A stretch of 64,000 bases of DNA from Octopus vulgaris (GCA_951406725.2 OX597827.1:46500001-46564000); one strand, 5' to 3'. Shown: positions 1 through 12,825, numbered from the stretch's first letter. Translations and numbers: made by a program. The notes: generated by a model not told the origin, from the sequence alone.

Positions 1-35
1 TTATTTTAGTTTTCCATTATTAAAGAGGCGGAAAG

Positions 36-664
36 GCAGCGAGCTGGCAGAAACGTTAGCACGCCGGGAAAAAATGCTTAGTGGTATTTCGTCTGCCGCT
101 ACGTTCTGATTTCAAATTCCGCCGAGGTCGACTTTGCCTTTCTTCCTTTCGGTGTCGATAAATTAAGTACCAGTTACGCACTGGGGTCGATATAATCGTC
201 TTAATCCGTTTGTCTGTCCTTGTCTGTCCCCTCTGTGTTTAGCCCCTTGTGTGCAATAAAGAAGTAAGAATCCTTAGCACGCTGTACGAAATGCTTAGCG
301 CTACTTCGTCTGTCGCTACGTTCTGAGTTCAAATTCCGCCGAGGTTGACTTTGCCTTTTATCTTTTTGAGGTCGATTAAATAAGTACCAGTTACGCACTG
401 AGGTCGATATAATCGTCTTAATCCGTTTGTCTGTCCTTGTTTGTCCACTCTATGTGTAGCCCTTGTGGGCAGTAAAAAAATAGGTATTTTGCCCGTCGCT
501 ACGTTCTAAGTTCAAATTCTGCCGAGGTCGACTTTGCCTTTCATCCTTTCGGAGTCGATAAGATAACTACCAGTTGGGTACTGGGGTCGATGTAATTGAC
601 TGGCACCCTTCCCCGCCCCTCCCCCTACAAAAAAATTTCAGGCTTTCTGCCTACTGAAGAAAGG
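36..664 (+). mobile_element. Trimeric tRNA-derived SINE (family A)
   Basis: Three units carrying B-box-like GAGTTCAAATTCC plus gtcgactttgcctttcatcctttcggggtcgataaa..agtaccag; 20-bp TSD at 16..35 and 665..684. Many other copies (e.g. 3140, 12215, 25835, 30169, 32912, 33697, 34920, 46295, 52270). Confidence 0.85.
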
Positions 665-1157
665 ATTATTAAAGAGGTGGAAAGTAGTGATATGGTAAAA
701 TCGTTAGGACATTGGAACAAAGAAAAGCTTTGTGGTATTTTGTTTGATTCTTTACATTCTGAGTTCAAACTATCGAGTCACCTTTACCTTTTATCCTTTC
801 GGATTCTTTAAACTAAAGTAATCGTTTATGTACTGGAGTCAACGTAAATGATCAACCCCATAACCTTAAATCTGCTGACCATACACCTATATTAGAAACC
901 GTTATCAAAGAGAAAAAAGGCATCGAGTAAGCAGAATCGTGACAGCGTCAGGAAAAAGTGCTTTGCAGTATTTTTGGCGGGGAATTTTTACATTCTAAGT
1001 TCAGATCCCGTCGAGGTCCACTCCATCTTTCACCCTATCAGCAGCATCGATAAAATGTAGGACCAGTCGACTGTATCGGCTAATCCCTTCCCTTTCAAAA
1101 TTACTGGCCTTCTGCTTAAATCAGAAATCATTACTGGAAGAAGCGAGTAAAAGATTT

Positions 1158-1469
1158 CGTTTTTGGATTTGGTTTGCAAGATTCTTTGCGTCTGGGGAGA
1201 GTCATTTTCTTTTTGTGCCTTAAAATTTAACACACTCACCGGTAAAATTTCCACTTCTTTTATTTATTTATTTTTTTCCTAAAATTTTCGTTACGTCGTG
1301 CAACCTTTTCAATAGTCTTGCAACCTTTTCAAGAGTCAAGACTACAGAAAAGGTTGCAAGGCGCAACGAAAATTTTAGGAAAATAAAAATAAGAAATAAG
1401 TGGAAATTTTACCGGTGAGTATGTTAAATTATAAGGCACAAAAAGAAAATGACTCTCCCCAGACACAAC
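1158..1469. mobile_element. Penelope-like remnant: asymmetric inverted repeat with arms of about 135 bp and a 14-bp TSD
   Basis: TSD CGAGTAAAAGATTT at 1144 and 1470; arms about 1187..1320 and 1337..1468; variant HHR core near the centre. Confidence 0.65.
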
Positions 1470-1593
1470 CGAGTAAAAGATTTTTCACACATATTTTTCT
1501 GACGTGATGGTCGTGTTGAACGTGATTGTGGTGGTGGATGGTGTTTATATTTCTCAGTTTATGAAGCGCTGAGTTAACGTACAGCACCACACA

Positions 1594-1659
<66 letters not shown>

Positions 1660-1965
1660 TTCTCTTTCTCTTTCTCTCTCTCTCTTTCTTTCTTTCTCTC
1701 TCTCTCACATACACGCGCGCGCTCGCGTATACACAAGTGTTTGCGAAATGGCGGATGAGAACCAATTTGTCCAGATATCATGGCTTTTTGTCCGAGCTGG
1801 AGTGGTATGGAACAAACTAACAAACAAGAGAAACTAACAAACCAACCAGCGAACAAATGAACGAACGAACGCAATTGCTATAAAAGCTGACACGCCATAT
1901 GTACTTGAAGGACTCGTGTAGCATTTAAGGAGATGTTTGAGACGAGATGTACTCGCTCAACGTCG

Positions 1966-2414
1966 TTGGCACAAACAAGATAAAACTGGCTTGCTTTCTG
2001 AGTCGTTTGGTTAGTTGGTCAACAAAAACTGGGGAAAAAAAAAAAACAAGAAAAAGTTATTTCTCATACACAAATTTCAATGAGAAGTAAAGCCAACGAC
2101 ATTTTAAGATGGCTTTCTCCACTTCTTTATTCTAACAATATCGTTTTTCTGCGATAGTCATTGTTTTTCGTTTTCCTCCTATCTCCTATCCTTGGCACAA
2201 ACAAGAGAAAACTGACTTGCTTCCTGAGTCGTCTGGTTAGTTGGTCAACAAAAACTGGGGAAAAAAAAAAACAAGAAAAAGTTATTTCTCATACACAAAT
2301 TTCAATAAGTAAAGCCAACGACATTTTAAGATGGCTTTCTCCACTTCTTTATTCTAACAATGTCGTTTTTCTGCGATAGTCATTGTTTTTCGTTTTCCTC
2401 CTATCTCCTATCCC
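1966..2414. repeat. Tandem duplication with a unit of about 225 bp
   Basis: 1966..2191 and 2192..2414 are nearly identical; TTGG microhomology at the junctions. Confidence 0.9.
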
Positions 2415-2766
2415 TTGGGCTTTTATCGTCGCTGTTGCTATTGTAGTCAATTTTGTTCTTCTTACATTTTCTTCGTGTTAGTTATTGTATGCATTCTTCT
2501 TATATGATCTAATATTGTTGTTTATATATTGTTATAATCTCTTTTACTCTTTTTCCCTTTTTTTCACTTGTTTCAGTCATTTGACTGTGGCCATGCTGGA
2601 GCACCGCTTTTAGTCGAGCAAATCGAACACCAGGACTTATTCTTTGCAAGCCTAGTACTTATTCTATCGGTCTCTTTTGCCGAAACACTAAGTTACGGGG
2701 ACGTAAACACATCAGCATCGGTTGTCAGGCGATGTTGGGAGGACAAACACAGACACACAAATGTAT

Positions 2767-2863
<97 letters not shown>

Positions 2864-3654
2864 ACGGTCTTCTTTCAGTTTCCGTCTACCAAATCCACTC
2901 TCAAGGCTTTGGTCGACCCAAGGCTATAGCAGAAGACACTTGCCTAAGGCGCCACGCAGTGGACTGAACCCGGAACCGTGTGGTTCGTAAGCAAGCCACT
3001 CATACGGCTGATTTTGTTTTGTTTTGGTTTTTTTTTGTGAGGTGGAGTGGATTTTTAATGTTCTTTATGATGTTTTGTTGTTATTGTTCCTATCAGTATT
3101 GTGGCTGCTTGTCATTATGACAATAATTCGTTAGTATTCTGGGCAAAATGCTTAGCGGTATTTCGTCTGCCGCTACGTTCTGAGTTCAAATTCCGCCGAG
3201 GTCGACTTTGCCTTTCATCCTTTCGAGGTCGATTAAATAAGTGCTAGTTACGCACTGAGGTCGATACAATTGACTTAATCCCTGTGTCTGTCCTTGTTTG
3301 TCCCTTCTATGTTTAGCCCCTTGTGGGTAATAAAGAAATAGGTATTTCGTTCGTCTTTACGTTCCAAGTTCAAATTCCAATGAGGTTGAGTTTGTATCTC
3401 ATCCTTTCGGGGTCGACAAAATAAAACGCTAGTCAAGTACTGGGGTCGATGCAATCGACTGACCCCTTCCTCCAAATTTTTCTCTTGTGCCCACATTAAA
3501 AACTATTATTATCAGTAATCTAGCAAACCAGTTAACCAAGTGGTTAGTTTATTGTTTGAGTGATCGCTCGACCAATCAATCAGCTGGTTTCTGAGAGTAT
3601 GTTCATCACCATTTGCATCCAAGTCAATGACTTACCCTTGTTCTTCTAGTCTGT

Positions 3655-3906
3655 CTAGAGAGACAAGACAGGGAAAGAGAGAGAAAAAGAGAGAGAGACA
3701 GACAGGGATAGAGACAGTCAGAAGACAAAGAGACAGAGATGGAGAGAAACAGAGAGAGAAAAGGAGTGAGACAGAGAGACAAAAAGAGAGAGGGGAGACA
3801 AAGAGAGAGAGATGGAGGGAGGGAGAAAGAAAGAAAGAAAGGAAGAAAGGAAGGAAGAAAGGAAGGAAGGACGAAAGAAAGAAAGAAAGAAAGGAAGGAA
3901 GGACGA

Positions 3907-3953
<47 letters not shown>

Positions 3954-4030
3954 GAAGGAAGAAAGAAGGAGCCAGAGAGACGGACAAACAGAGATAGAAA
4001 ACCAGACAGAGAGAAAGATGGAGATAATAG
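3655..4030. repeat. Polypurine tract with (AAAG)n/(AAGG)n
   Basis: Seen directly; source of several low-complexity ORFs. Confidence 0.95.
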
Positions 4031-5457
4031 GATCGGAAGTGTACATGGGCCATGTGTTTCGTTCATGTGTTCACGTATCATTTTATGATTGCGTATATTT
4101 ACATGTTGATCATCTTCATGCCAGTGTGTGTGTGTGTGTGCGTGCATGTGTGTGTGTGTGTGTGTGTGTGTGTGAACGACAAACTAGTAACTTGATGCCG
4201 TCTCTTTGTTTCTCTCTCTCTCTGTCCCCCCTCTCTCTCTTTTTGTCTATCTGGCTCACTCTTTTTTTCTCTTTGTTTCTCTTCATCTCTGTCTCTTTGT
4301 CTTCTGACTGTCTCTGTCTCTCTTCCATTTTTTCTAACAGTAAGAAATGCAATCGCATACGAAATCTAAGGAAGATAAATACGAAACTAGGTCAGTAAAG
4401 TTTTCTCCCTTGAGAAATAAGGGAGATAAATCTTACCTTTTCCAAAAATTTATTTTAATGAATTTGGAGGAAGAGCTTTGGATAGATTTCTATTGCAATG
4501 CTACTAACTATATATTTATTTTCAGCGACTGTGACCCGTTCTTATAGACTTGTTGGCAGAGAAAGAAAAAATATTTGCAGACGGGAAAATCTAGCTTGGA
4601 TCCTAACAACGAAATGTGTTCTGCTCGAGTTAACTAAGGGCCTTGTGGTGGAGTGTGATTTAGGGCTCACACATGACAATAGAGCATACACATAGTCGCT
4701 CGAATTGCTAGAAATATCAATTACATTTCCTTAAAGGCAAACTCTATTGTTTTAATTAGAAAAGATTCGATGGATAACGTTGTCCTATATCTTTATGAAT
4801 AGATATGTAGCGGACGAAATGTTGAAAGATCTGTGTAGCCTCGATAAAAATAGTCAAAAGGACGGGGTCTTTTCTGTTTGGTTGGCAGAGTCAATTTTCT
4901 GTTCAAATTGATTTCATATTCAGTGTAATGATACACTATTATAGGCTAATTAATGACGTGAAAGTAATTTTCGCTATAAATCAATAAATAAAGCGTTTGT
5001 AAAAACTAACACTGCTTTCCTCCAAGCTTAGATTCGAAACCGAATCTAAGGATTCTCGTTCGTCTGAACCATCATGGACCAACAGGCACAAAGAAATTTT
5101 CTTTGTCCTGTCAAACGAAATGATAAATCATCTCCCTTTGACCTACGACCTCAGCCATATCAGCCAAAGTTCAAATGGACAGGAGCTGACCTCTTTAGAC
5201 ACAATCTCTCCTGCAGTATGTGTGTCCTTCTAGCTGCCACGGTTGTTATAAATACCGTGGTCAGAAAAGGAACAGGCAGAAAGACAGAGGATGGAAAAAT
5301 GCTCTGGACGAAGAGACAACTCACAAGATTGCTGACTACTTTCTCAGATGAACGATGCAGACACAGACCCAAAACATATTCAGTTCTAGCACATCACCTC
5401 CACAAATGTACCTTGTTTTTATTGCTCTCAATTCATAGCAGTTGACGACATATACAT

Positions 5458-5880
5458 GGAATTTTTTTGGTTTGACCGGCAGTTTTTCAAAATAATTTCC
5501 ACGTAACTAAACACTTTTAAACTTCGTATACTGGTAGAATGTGTTTATAAAACATCTTTTTCTCTTGGCTTTATTGAGAAAATTCTGTAGTTTGTAAAAT
5601 ATTTGTTGTCTTTTTTCTTCAATTTCTGCAATTTCAACCAATCAATGACATCTATTGAGGTGAAAACATTCTGTGCTGTATGAATATGTCCCTCGTTTAA
5701 GAAACAGATTGGGTTTATTTACATTTCGGAAGAAAAAAAGATACCCTTCCCCCACCCCTAACCCTAACCCTAACCCTAAAACAGATTGAAATGCAATAGA
5801 TCGATACTAGGGTCATAATTATGGGTGAAAATTTCATATGACACCGCTAGAAAAAACTGCCGTTCAAACCGAAAAGATCC
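5458..5880 (-). mobile_element. Copy of the same MITE carrying (CCCTAA)n
   Basis: TIRs present; cccctaaccctaaccctaaccctaa at about 5755..5779. Confidence 0.78.
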
Positions 5881-6158
5881 CAGTAAATAGATTATTTAAA
5901 CTATAAATCTATGTCATTCAGTTATTTACTTCGAAGGCATCCACATACCTATCGCATCTGTTTACCTCAACACATTTTGATACACCTTTAACCACTACAA
6001 ATTATTTGTAATTAAAGTTTCAAAATTTTGGTAATTTTAGCCAATCGTAAGCCACAGACATATTCATGTCTGTTTGATAATAACATGAATACTGATATCG
6101 AGTAATGAGATCCTTTCCTCTTCCATATTCTAGCGAGGCCTTAATCCAACAGGTTTTA

Positions 6159-6217
6159 GGATCTGATGATTTGCCATAAAGCTTTGCACTTTATGGAGGT
6201 GAAACCTAGGGTAATCC
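6159..6217 (+). ncRNA. Hammerhead-ribozyme motif (base of stem II degenerate)
   Basis: GGAT-CTGATGA-tttgCCATAAAG..CTTTATGGaggt-GAAA-CCTAGG-GTA-ATCC, followed by cATAAA. Confidence 0.6.
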
Positions 6218-6687
6218 CATAAACTGGCCTTATCTAAATTCATATATATGCGTGTGTGTGTGTGTGTGTGTGTATAGACACACACACATATAATAATGTT
6301 ATTGCTAATGTTCATAATAATTATATCTATCTATTATTGCTTGTTTCAGTCATTGGAATGCGGCCATGATGGAGCACCGCCGTGAAGTGCTTATTTACTC
6401 TGTCGGTGTCTTTTGCCGAACTGCTAATATTACGGGGATGTAAACAAACAAACAACCAGTTGTCAAGCGCTGGAGGAAGGGACAAACACAAATACACACA
6501 CACACACACACACACGCACACACACACATATATATACACTACGGGTTTCTTTCAGTTTGTCTCTCAAATCCACTTTGAAGACTTTGGTCAACGCATGGCT
6601 ATAGTAGAAGACACTTGCCCACGGTGTCACACATTGGGACTGAAACCAAGACCACATTGGTGAGAATCATGCTCCTCAATCATCAGC

Positions 6688-7232
6688 CTATAATAAATAC
6701 ATAATTTTATTAATATAATAAATTATATTAATATAAATATAAATATATAAATATAAATATATATATATATAAATATATTAATATAAATATATTAATATAA
6801 ATTATATTAATATAATATAATAAATACATGATAATTTTATTAATATAATAAATTATATTAATATAAATATAAATATATAAATATAAATATATTAATATAA
6901 ATATATTAATATAAATTATATTAATATAATATAATAAATACATGATAATTTTATTAATATAATAAATTATATTAATATAAATATAAATATATAAATATAA
7001 ATATATATAAATATATTAATATAAATATATTAATATAAATTATATTAATATAATATAATAAATACATGATAATTTTATTAATATAATAAATTATATTGAT
7101 ATAATATAAATATATAAATATAAATATATATAAATATATTAATATAAATATATTAATATAAATTATATTAATATAATATAATAAATACATGATAATTTTA
7201 TTAATATAATAAATTATATTAATATAAATATA

Positions 7233-7288
<56 letters not shown>

Positions 7289-7358
7289 TATAAATATATT
7301 AATATAAATTATATTAATATAATATAATAAATACATGATAATTTTATTAATATTTATA
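6688..7358. repeat. Almost pure A/T minisatellite, about 5.5 units of 115-145 bp
   Basis: Anchor aataaatacatgataattttattaatat recurs at about 6818, 6934, 7058, 7181 and 7327. Confidence 0.9.
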
Positions 7359-7775
7359 ACGTGTGTGTCTGTCTGTATGCACGCGTGTGTGTAAATGCGA
7401 CACTAAAAATCAATGAAATATTGTAAACTATAATTCACAGAAAACTGAATAAAACAGAAAATGTTAAACGTTTCCAATAATCCCTTTTTGTTTTTGTTTT
7501 TTTATGTTATGATAATGACGTTAATGATGTCTTAATTACCTCCGTTTAGGATGTTTGTCAAGATTAGTAATTAAAAACAAAATGAAACTCAATCCGTAAA
7601 TAACAATAAATTGACAAAGTCAGTAAATCGTTGCTCTTCTTGCTAAAAATAGCAGCCAAATGTCTCTCAAAATATACCATGATATCTCAAAAGGGACAAG
7701 ATAGGTTGGAACGTATGGTTCAAGACACTTTGGGATCTTTTCTGTATGACTGCTAGCATTAATCAGCATCAGTTC

Positions 7776-8193
7776 TACTCTTTTACTTGTTTCAATCATT
7801 TGACTGCGGCCATGCTGGAGCATCACCTTTAATCGAGCAACTCGCCCCTGGGACTTATTCTTTTGTAAGCCTAGTACTTATTCTATCGGTCTCTTTTACC
7901 GAACCGCTAAGTTACGGGGACGTAAACACACCAGCATCGGTTGTCAAGTGATGTTGGGGGGACAAACACAGACACACAAACATATACACATGCATATATA
8001 TATATACATATATACATATATACATATATACGATGGGCTTCTTTCAGTTTCCATCTACCAAATCCACTCACAAGGCTTTGGTCGGCCCGAGGCTATAGTT
8101 GAAGACACTTGCCCAGGGTGCCACGCAGTGGGACTGAACCCAGAACCATGCGGTTCGTAAGCAAACTACTTACCACACAGCCACTCCTACGCC
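7776..8193 (-). mobile_element. Full-length tRNA-derived SINE family B (CORE-like accttgggcaagt, internal (AT/AC)n, tail gaaacaagtaaaagag)
   Basis: Near-identical copies at 2538..3000, 9200..9620, 10578..10969, 11308..11733, 15545..15960, 34184..34576, 44777..45123, 53277..53870 and 57565..57942. These copies produce the recurrent MLGGQTQTH.. ORFs. Confidence 0.85.
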
Positions 8194-10969
8194 TGTTCGA
8201 ATTAATTTCATATTCAGTGTAATGATACATTTTTATATGGTAATGAATGCCATTTTTGCTACAAATCAATAAATAAAAAGTTATTAGCTTTTAATAACTC
8301 TGTCTGAATGAAAAAAAAAAATGAACAAAATCCATTTCATTATGCTTAAGCGGAGATAAACTGGTACAATGCCTAGTACAAAGAAGTATGTGATTAATGA
8401 TTTAGCCATTTATTTATTCATTAACCTACCATGTTTGCCTTTAAGCTTTCACCCCTTATTTCACACTTCAAAATCAGCTTTAAAATATCTACAGTGGGAC
8501 AATAAAGCAAACGATTTGTTTTGATACTCTGCTTCAGTATCAGAGAGCAAAGCCATCAGAATTTATCTTTCTATTAAATTCGACCTTGTTCTAGTTTAGA
8601 TAAAGAGTTTGTCCCAATCTTAAATGTGTATTTTTCATGTACTTTTAATTATCTGGTTACATATAGAAAGGTAAATGTGTGTAGATATATTCGCAGGCAT
8701 GGTGTGTGGTAAAAATTTTTTTTCCCAACCACATGGATCTGGGTTCAGTCTCATTACACAACACCTTGGTCGAGTGTCTGCTATAGCCCTGGGATGACCA
8801 AAGCTTTGGATTTGGTTGATGGAAACTGAAAGAAGCCTGTTGTGTATGTATTGTGTGTATGTGTGTGTGTGAGTGGGTATGTATATATATATATCTATGT
8901 GCATGCATGTTTGTGTTTGTCCTCTCCCCACTCACCTACTGCTTTCCACACCACCTAGATATTTTCAAATGGAGTTTTGATGGTTACTACAGAGAATATG
9001 TTAATAATGTCAACTTAACTAAATGGGAGGGGGTCATTTCACTCATCACATCAAGTTAAACCTAATCATTATATTTTATATCTGTGGCAGAATGAGTTTA
9101 AAAAATAATGCATATCTTATAAAAGCCTACTATAATTTAGAGAGTAGCAGAGGCAAAATGGGGGGGGACGTTCCAAGATAAAGGAGGGATGATGCTGTTC
9201 TTTTACTCTTTTATTCTTTTACTTGTTTCAATCATTTGACTGTGGCCATGCTGGAGCATCACCTTTAGTCGAGCACATCGACCCCAGGACTTATTCTTTG
9301 TAAGCCTGGTCTCTTTTGCCAAACCGCTAAGTTACAGGGACGTAAACACACCAGCATCAGTTGTCAAGCGATGTTGGGAGGACAAACACAGACACACAAA
9401 CGTATACACACTCATTTACATATATATATGTGTGTGTGTGTGTGTGTATATATATACACATACATACGACGGGCTTCTTTCAGTTTCCGTCTACCAAATC
9501 CACTCACAAGGCTTTGGTTGGTCCGAGGCTTAGTAGAAGACACTTGCCCAAGGTGCCATGCAGTGGGACTGAACCCAGAACCATGTAGTTCGTAAGCAAG
9601 TTACTTACCACACAGCCACAAGATTTTATGCAGCATGAGGCCTTCGACCATTTAGAATTAAATCCATTGGGAGTTATCAACCATATTCTAGTTGATAGTG
9701 ATAAATCAATGAATATCAAACAATCTCCCAGACCCTTATTGTAGTGGAACCATAAATCTGGCTTTATCTACATAAAAGGATATATCACAGACCTACTAGT
9801 AAGAGAATGACTGATGGGGAAGAGGTGGTAACTAGAAGAAGGAAGGATAGGGGTAGACAATACTTATTTAGATTATCAAATAAAGAGGAATATAATGAAA
9901 AACAAGAGATAAGTAATATAAGCTTTAAGGGTGGAAATTAGAATTGAGGGATAGGGGAGGTAGTAATTCATAACTTAGCAAATTTATTATATTAAATTGA
10001 GAAAATTTATATATTAATGCTAATTTAACTTAATCCATAGCTGAACCAATAAAAAAATATTATTCATGATCCTTCAACAAACCAAAAAATAGCTACAAAA
10101 ATATCCCTGAAGCTATACTTGCTATCTTACAAAATGAAGGAGATACTGGACAATGTAGATCTATATACATAACCAGCCAGGATCCCTGGTCTGGTGGTAC
10201 GTAAAAAGCACTATCCGACTCGTGGCCGATGCCAGCGCCGCCTCGACTGGCTTCCGTGCCGGTGGCACATAAAATACACCAATCCGACTGTGGCCGTTGC
10301 CAGCCTCGCCTGGCACCTGTGCAGGTGGCACGTAAAAAGCACCCACTACACTCACGGAGTGGTTGGCGTTAGGAAGGGCATCCAGCTGTAGAAACATTGC
10401 CAGATAAGACCGGAGCCTGGTGCAGCCTTCTGGCTTCCCAGATCCCCGGTCGAACCGTCCAACTCATGCTAGTATGGTGAACGGACGTTAAACGATGATG
10501 ATGATGATGATGATATACATATATATATATATGACAAATAAAAGATGGAAGATGGAATATACGAGAATTTATTATTAGGTGCAGGAGTGGCTGTATGGTA
10601 ACTAACTACCTTACCAACCACATGGTAACTAACTAGCTTACCAACCTGCATGGTACCTTGGGCAAGTGTCTTCTACTATAGCCTTGGGCCAACCAAAGCC
10701 TTGTGAGCGGATTTGATAGACGGAAACTGAAAGAAGCCTGTCGTATATATGTATGTATATGTTTGTGTGCCTGTGTTTGTCCCCACCACCACCATTGCTC
10801 GACAACCGATACTGGTTTGTTTACAGCCCTGTAACTTAGAGGTTCGGCAAAAAGAGACCAGTAGAATAAGTACTAGGCTTACAAAGAGTAAGTCCTGGGG
10901 TCGATTTGCTCAACTAAAGGCGGTGCTCCAGCATGGCCGCAGTCAAATGACTGAAACAAGTAAAAAGTA

Positions 10970-11075
10970 ATCACGACAATTGTTTCGACACATCTAGCAT
11001 CAATTCCTCATGGATGGGACACTGAACAACTGGTTCAGGAGCATCCAGTGGTGCAGATGTATCTCATCAGGTGAT
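10970..11075 (-). ncRNA. Type I hammerhead ribozyme, apparently intact, in a Penelope-like remnant
   Basis: Minus strand reads AUCAC-CUGAUGA-GAUACAUCU...AGAUGUGUC-GAAA-CAAUUG-UC-GUGAU: full core, stem I of 5 bp, stem II of 9 bp plus extension, palindromic stem III, GUC triplet. Confidence 0.82.
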
Positions 11076-11471
11076 AAATAAATACAACTCATTAAAATAA
11101 CAGTTCTGCAATGTAACTTGCTGTTTTGTAGAAAGAAAAGCAGCCAAACGGAGGAAATACCTTCGTTTATACAGAAGATCAAAAATAAAATCACATATGG
11201 CAAAAAGAGAAACAAACACGCAATCCAGTGAGAAAAGTATTATATATTATATTTGGAAAAATAGATGAGATGGTTATGGCTGGAATGTCTTTGATCATGA
11301 GTTTTGTTCGTAGGAGTGACTGTGTGGTAAGTATTTTGCTTACAAACCACATGGTTCCATGTTCAGTCCCACTGGGTGGTACCTTGAGCAAGTATCTTCT
11401 ACTATAGCCCTGGGCCAACCAAAGCCTTGTGAGTGAATTTGGTAGACGGAAACTGAAAGAAGCCCATCGTA

Positions 11472-11512
<41 letters not shown>

Positions 11513-12466
11513 GTATGTGTTTGTGTATCTGTGTTTGTCCTCCCCAACATCACTTGACAACTGATGCTGGTGTGTCTACATCCCCATAACTTAGCAGTTC
11601 GGCAAAAAGAGTCCAATAGAACAAGTACTAAGCTTACAAAGAATAAATCCTGGGGGGTCAATTTGCTCAACTAAAGACGGTGCTCCAGCATGGCCACAGT
11701 CAAATGATTGAAACAAGTAAAAGAGAATAAAAGGGAGATCAGATCAGAAACTAAACAACAACTGCTTTGTAAAGAACAGAAAAATATCAGTAGAAACATT
11801 CCAGTGTGATTTAAACATTTTATTCAGTACCTCAAAGAAATATATATAAGTACTTTATATGTAGTGCCTTTGGCTGTAATTGATATATAAACAACTACAT
11901 TTCGTATGAAACCTAAAACTTTAACATAATTAATTCATATTTCATATTTCACCTCTTTACATTTTCAAGAGATTATTGTAGTTAAGCAAAACTTATTCCT
12001 ATATGCACATGTAAAGATATTTATAACTTCAACAGCTTGTTGGCGTGTTGCTTTGCTACTTCAAAATTCTAAAAGATTTGTGGCTCATTAAACCTTTCAG
12101 TTTTTATCTAACTAAAGTGTCTTGTACTGCCAAAAGCATGGCCCAGGAAAGATCACTCTACAATCAATCCTATGCTACAGCTCCTTGCCCAATAATAGTA
12201 ATAATAATAATAATAATCCTTTCTACTATAGGTAAAAGGCCTGAAATTTTGGGGGAAGGGGCCAGTCGATTAGATTGACCCCAGTATGCAACTGGTACTT
12301 AATTTATCGACATTGAAAGGATGAAAGACAAAGCCGACCTCGGCAGAATTTGAATTCAAAACATAAGAACAGACGAAATGCTACTAAGCATTTCGCCCTG
12401 TGTGCTAACGATTCTGCCAGTTCACTGCCTTAATAAATAAATATATAAGTAATAATAATAATAATG

Positions 12467-12524
<58 letters not shown>

Positions 12525-12529
12525 TAATA

Positions 12530-12569
<40 letters not shown>

Positions 12570-12825
12570 TAACCCTTTCTACTTGAAGCACAAAACCTCA
12601 AATTTCATGGGAAGGGTTTAAGTCAATTACATCGACCCCAGTGTTCAACTGGTAATTATTTTATCGACCCTGAAATGATGAACAGCAAAATCGACCTTGG
12701 TGGAATTTGAACTCAGAACATAGCGGCAGATGAAATACCGCTAAGCATCTTGTCCAGCATGCTAACGATTCTGCCGGCTCACCACCTTAAATAATAATGA
12801 TGATAATAATAATAATAATAATAAC

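Noticed and set aside
1748-1837. aaATGGCGGATGAG possible gene start (MADENQFVQ...)
   Set aside because: Closes after 29 codons; no convincing donor and no downstream exons
2568-2990. Recurrent ORFs MLGGQTQTH.../[10 protein letters not shown]... (also at 7948, 9371, 11191, 15714, 34360, 57718)
   Set aside because: Chance frames in copies of SINE family B
3624-4398. Overlapping 60-219-aa ORFs rich in K/E/R or F/L/S
   Set aside because: Translations of (AAAG)n, (AG)n and (GT)n microsatellites
5074-5445. 123-aa ORF in non-microsatellite sequence
   Set aside because: No recognisable motif or splice structure; possibly a decayed transposon
9622-9744. Peptide LGVINHILVDSDKSMNIKQSPRPLL, reminiscent of the Gypsy pre-RT linker
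   Set aside because: Too short, stops immediately and has no RT motifs
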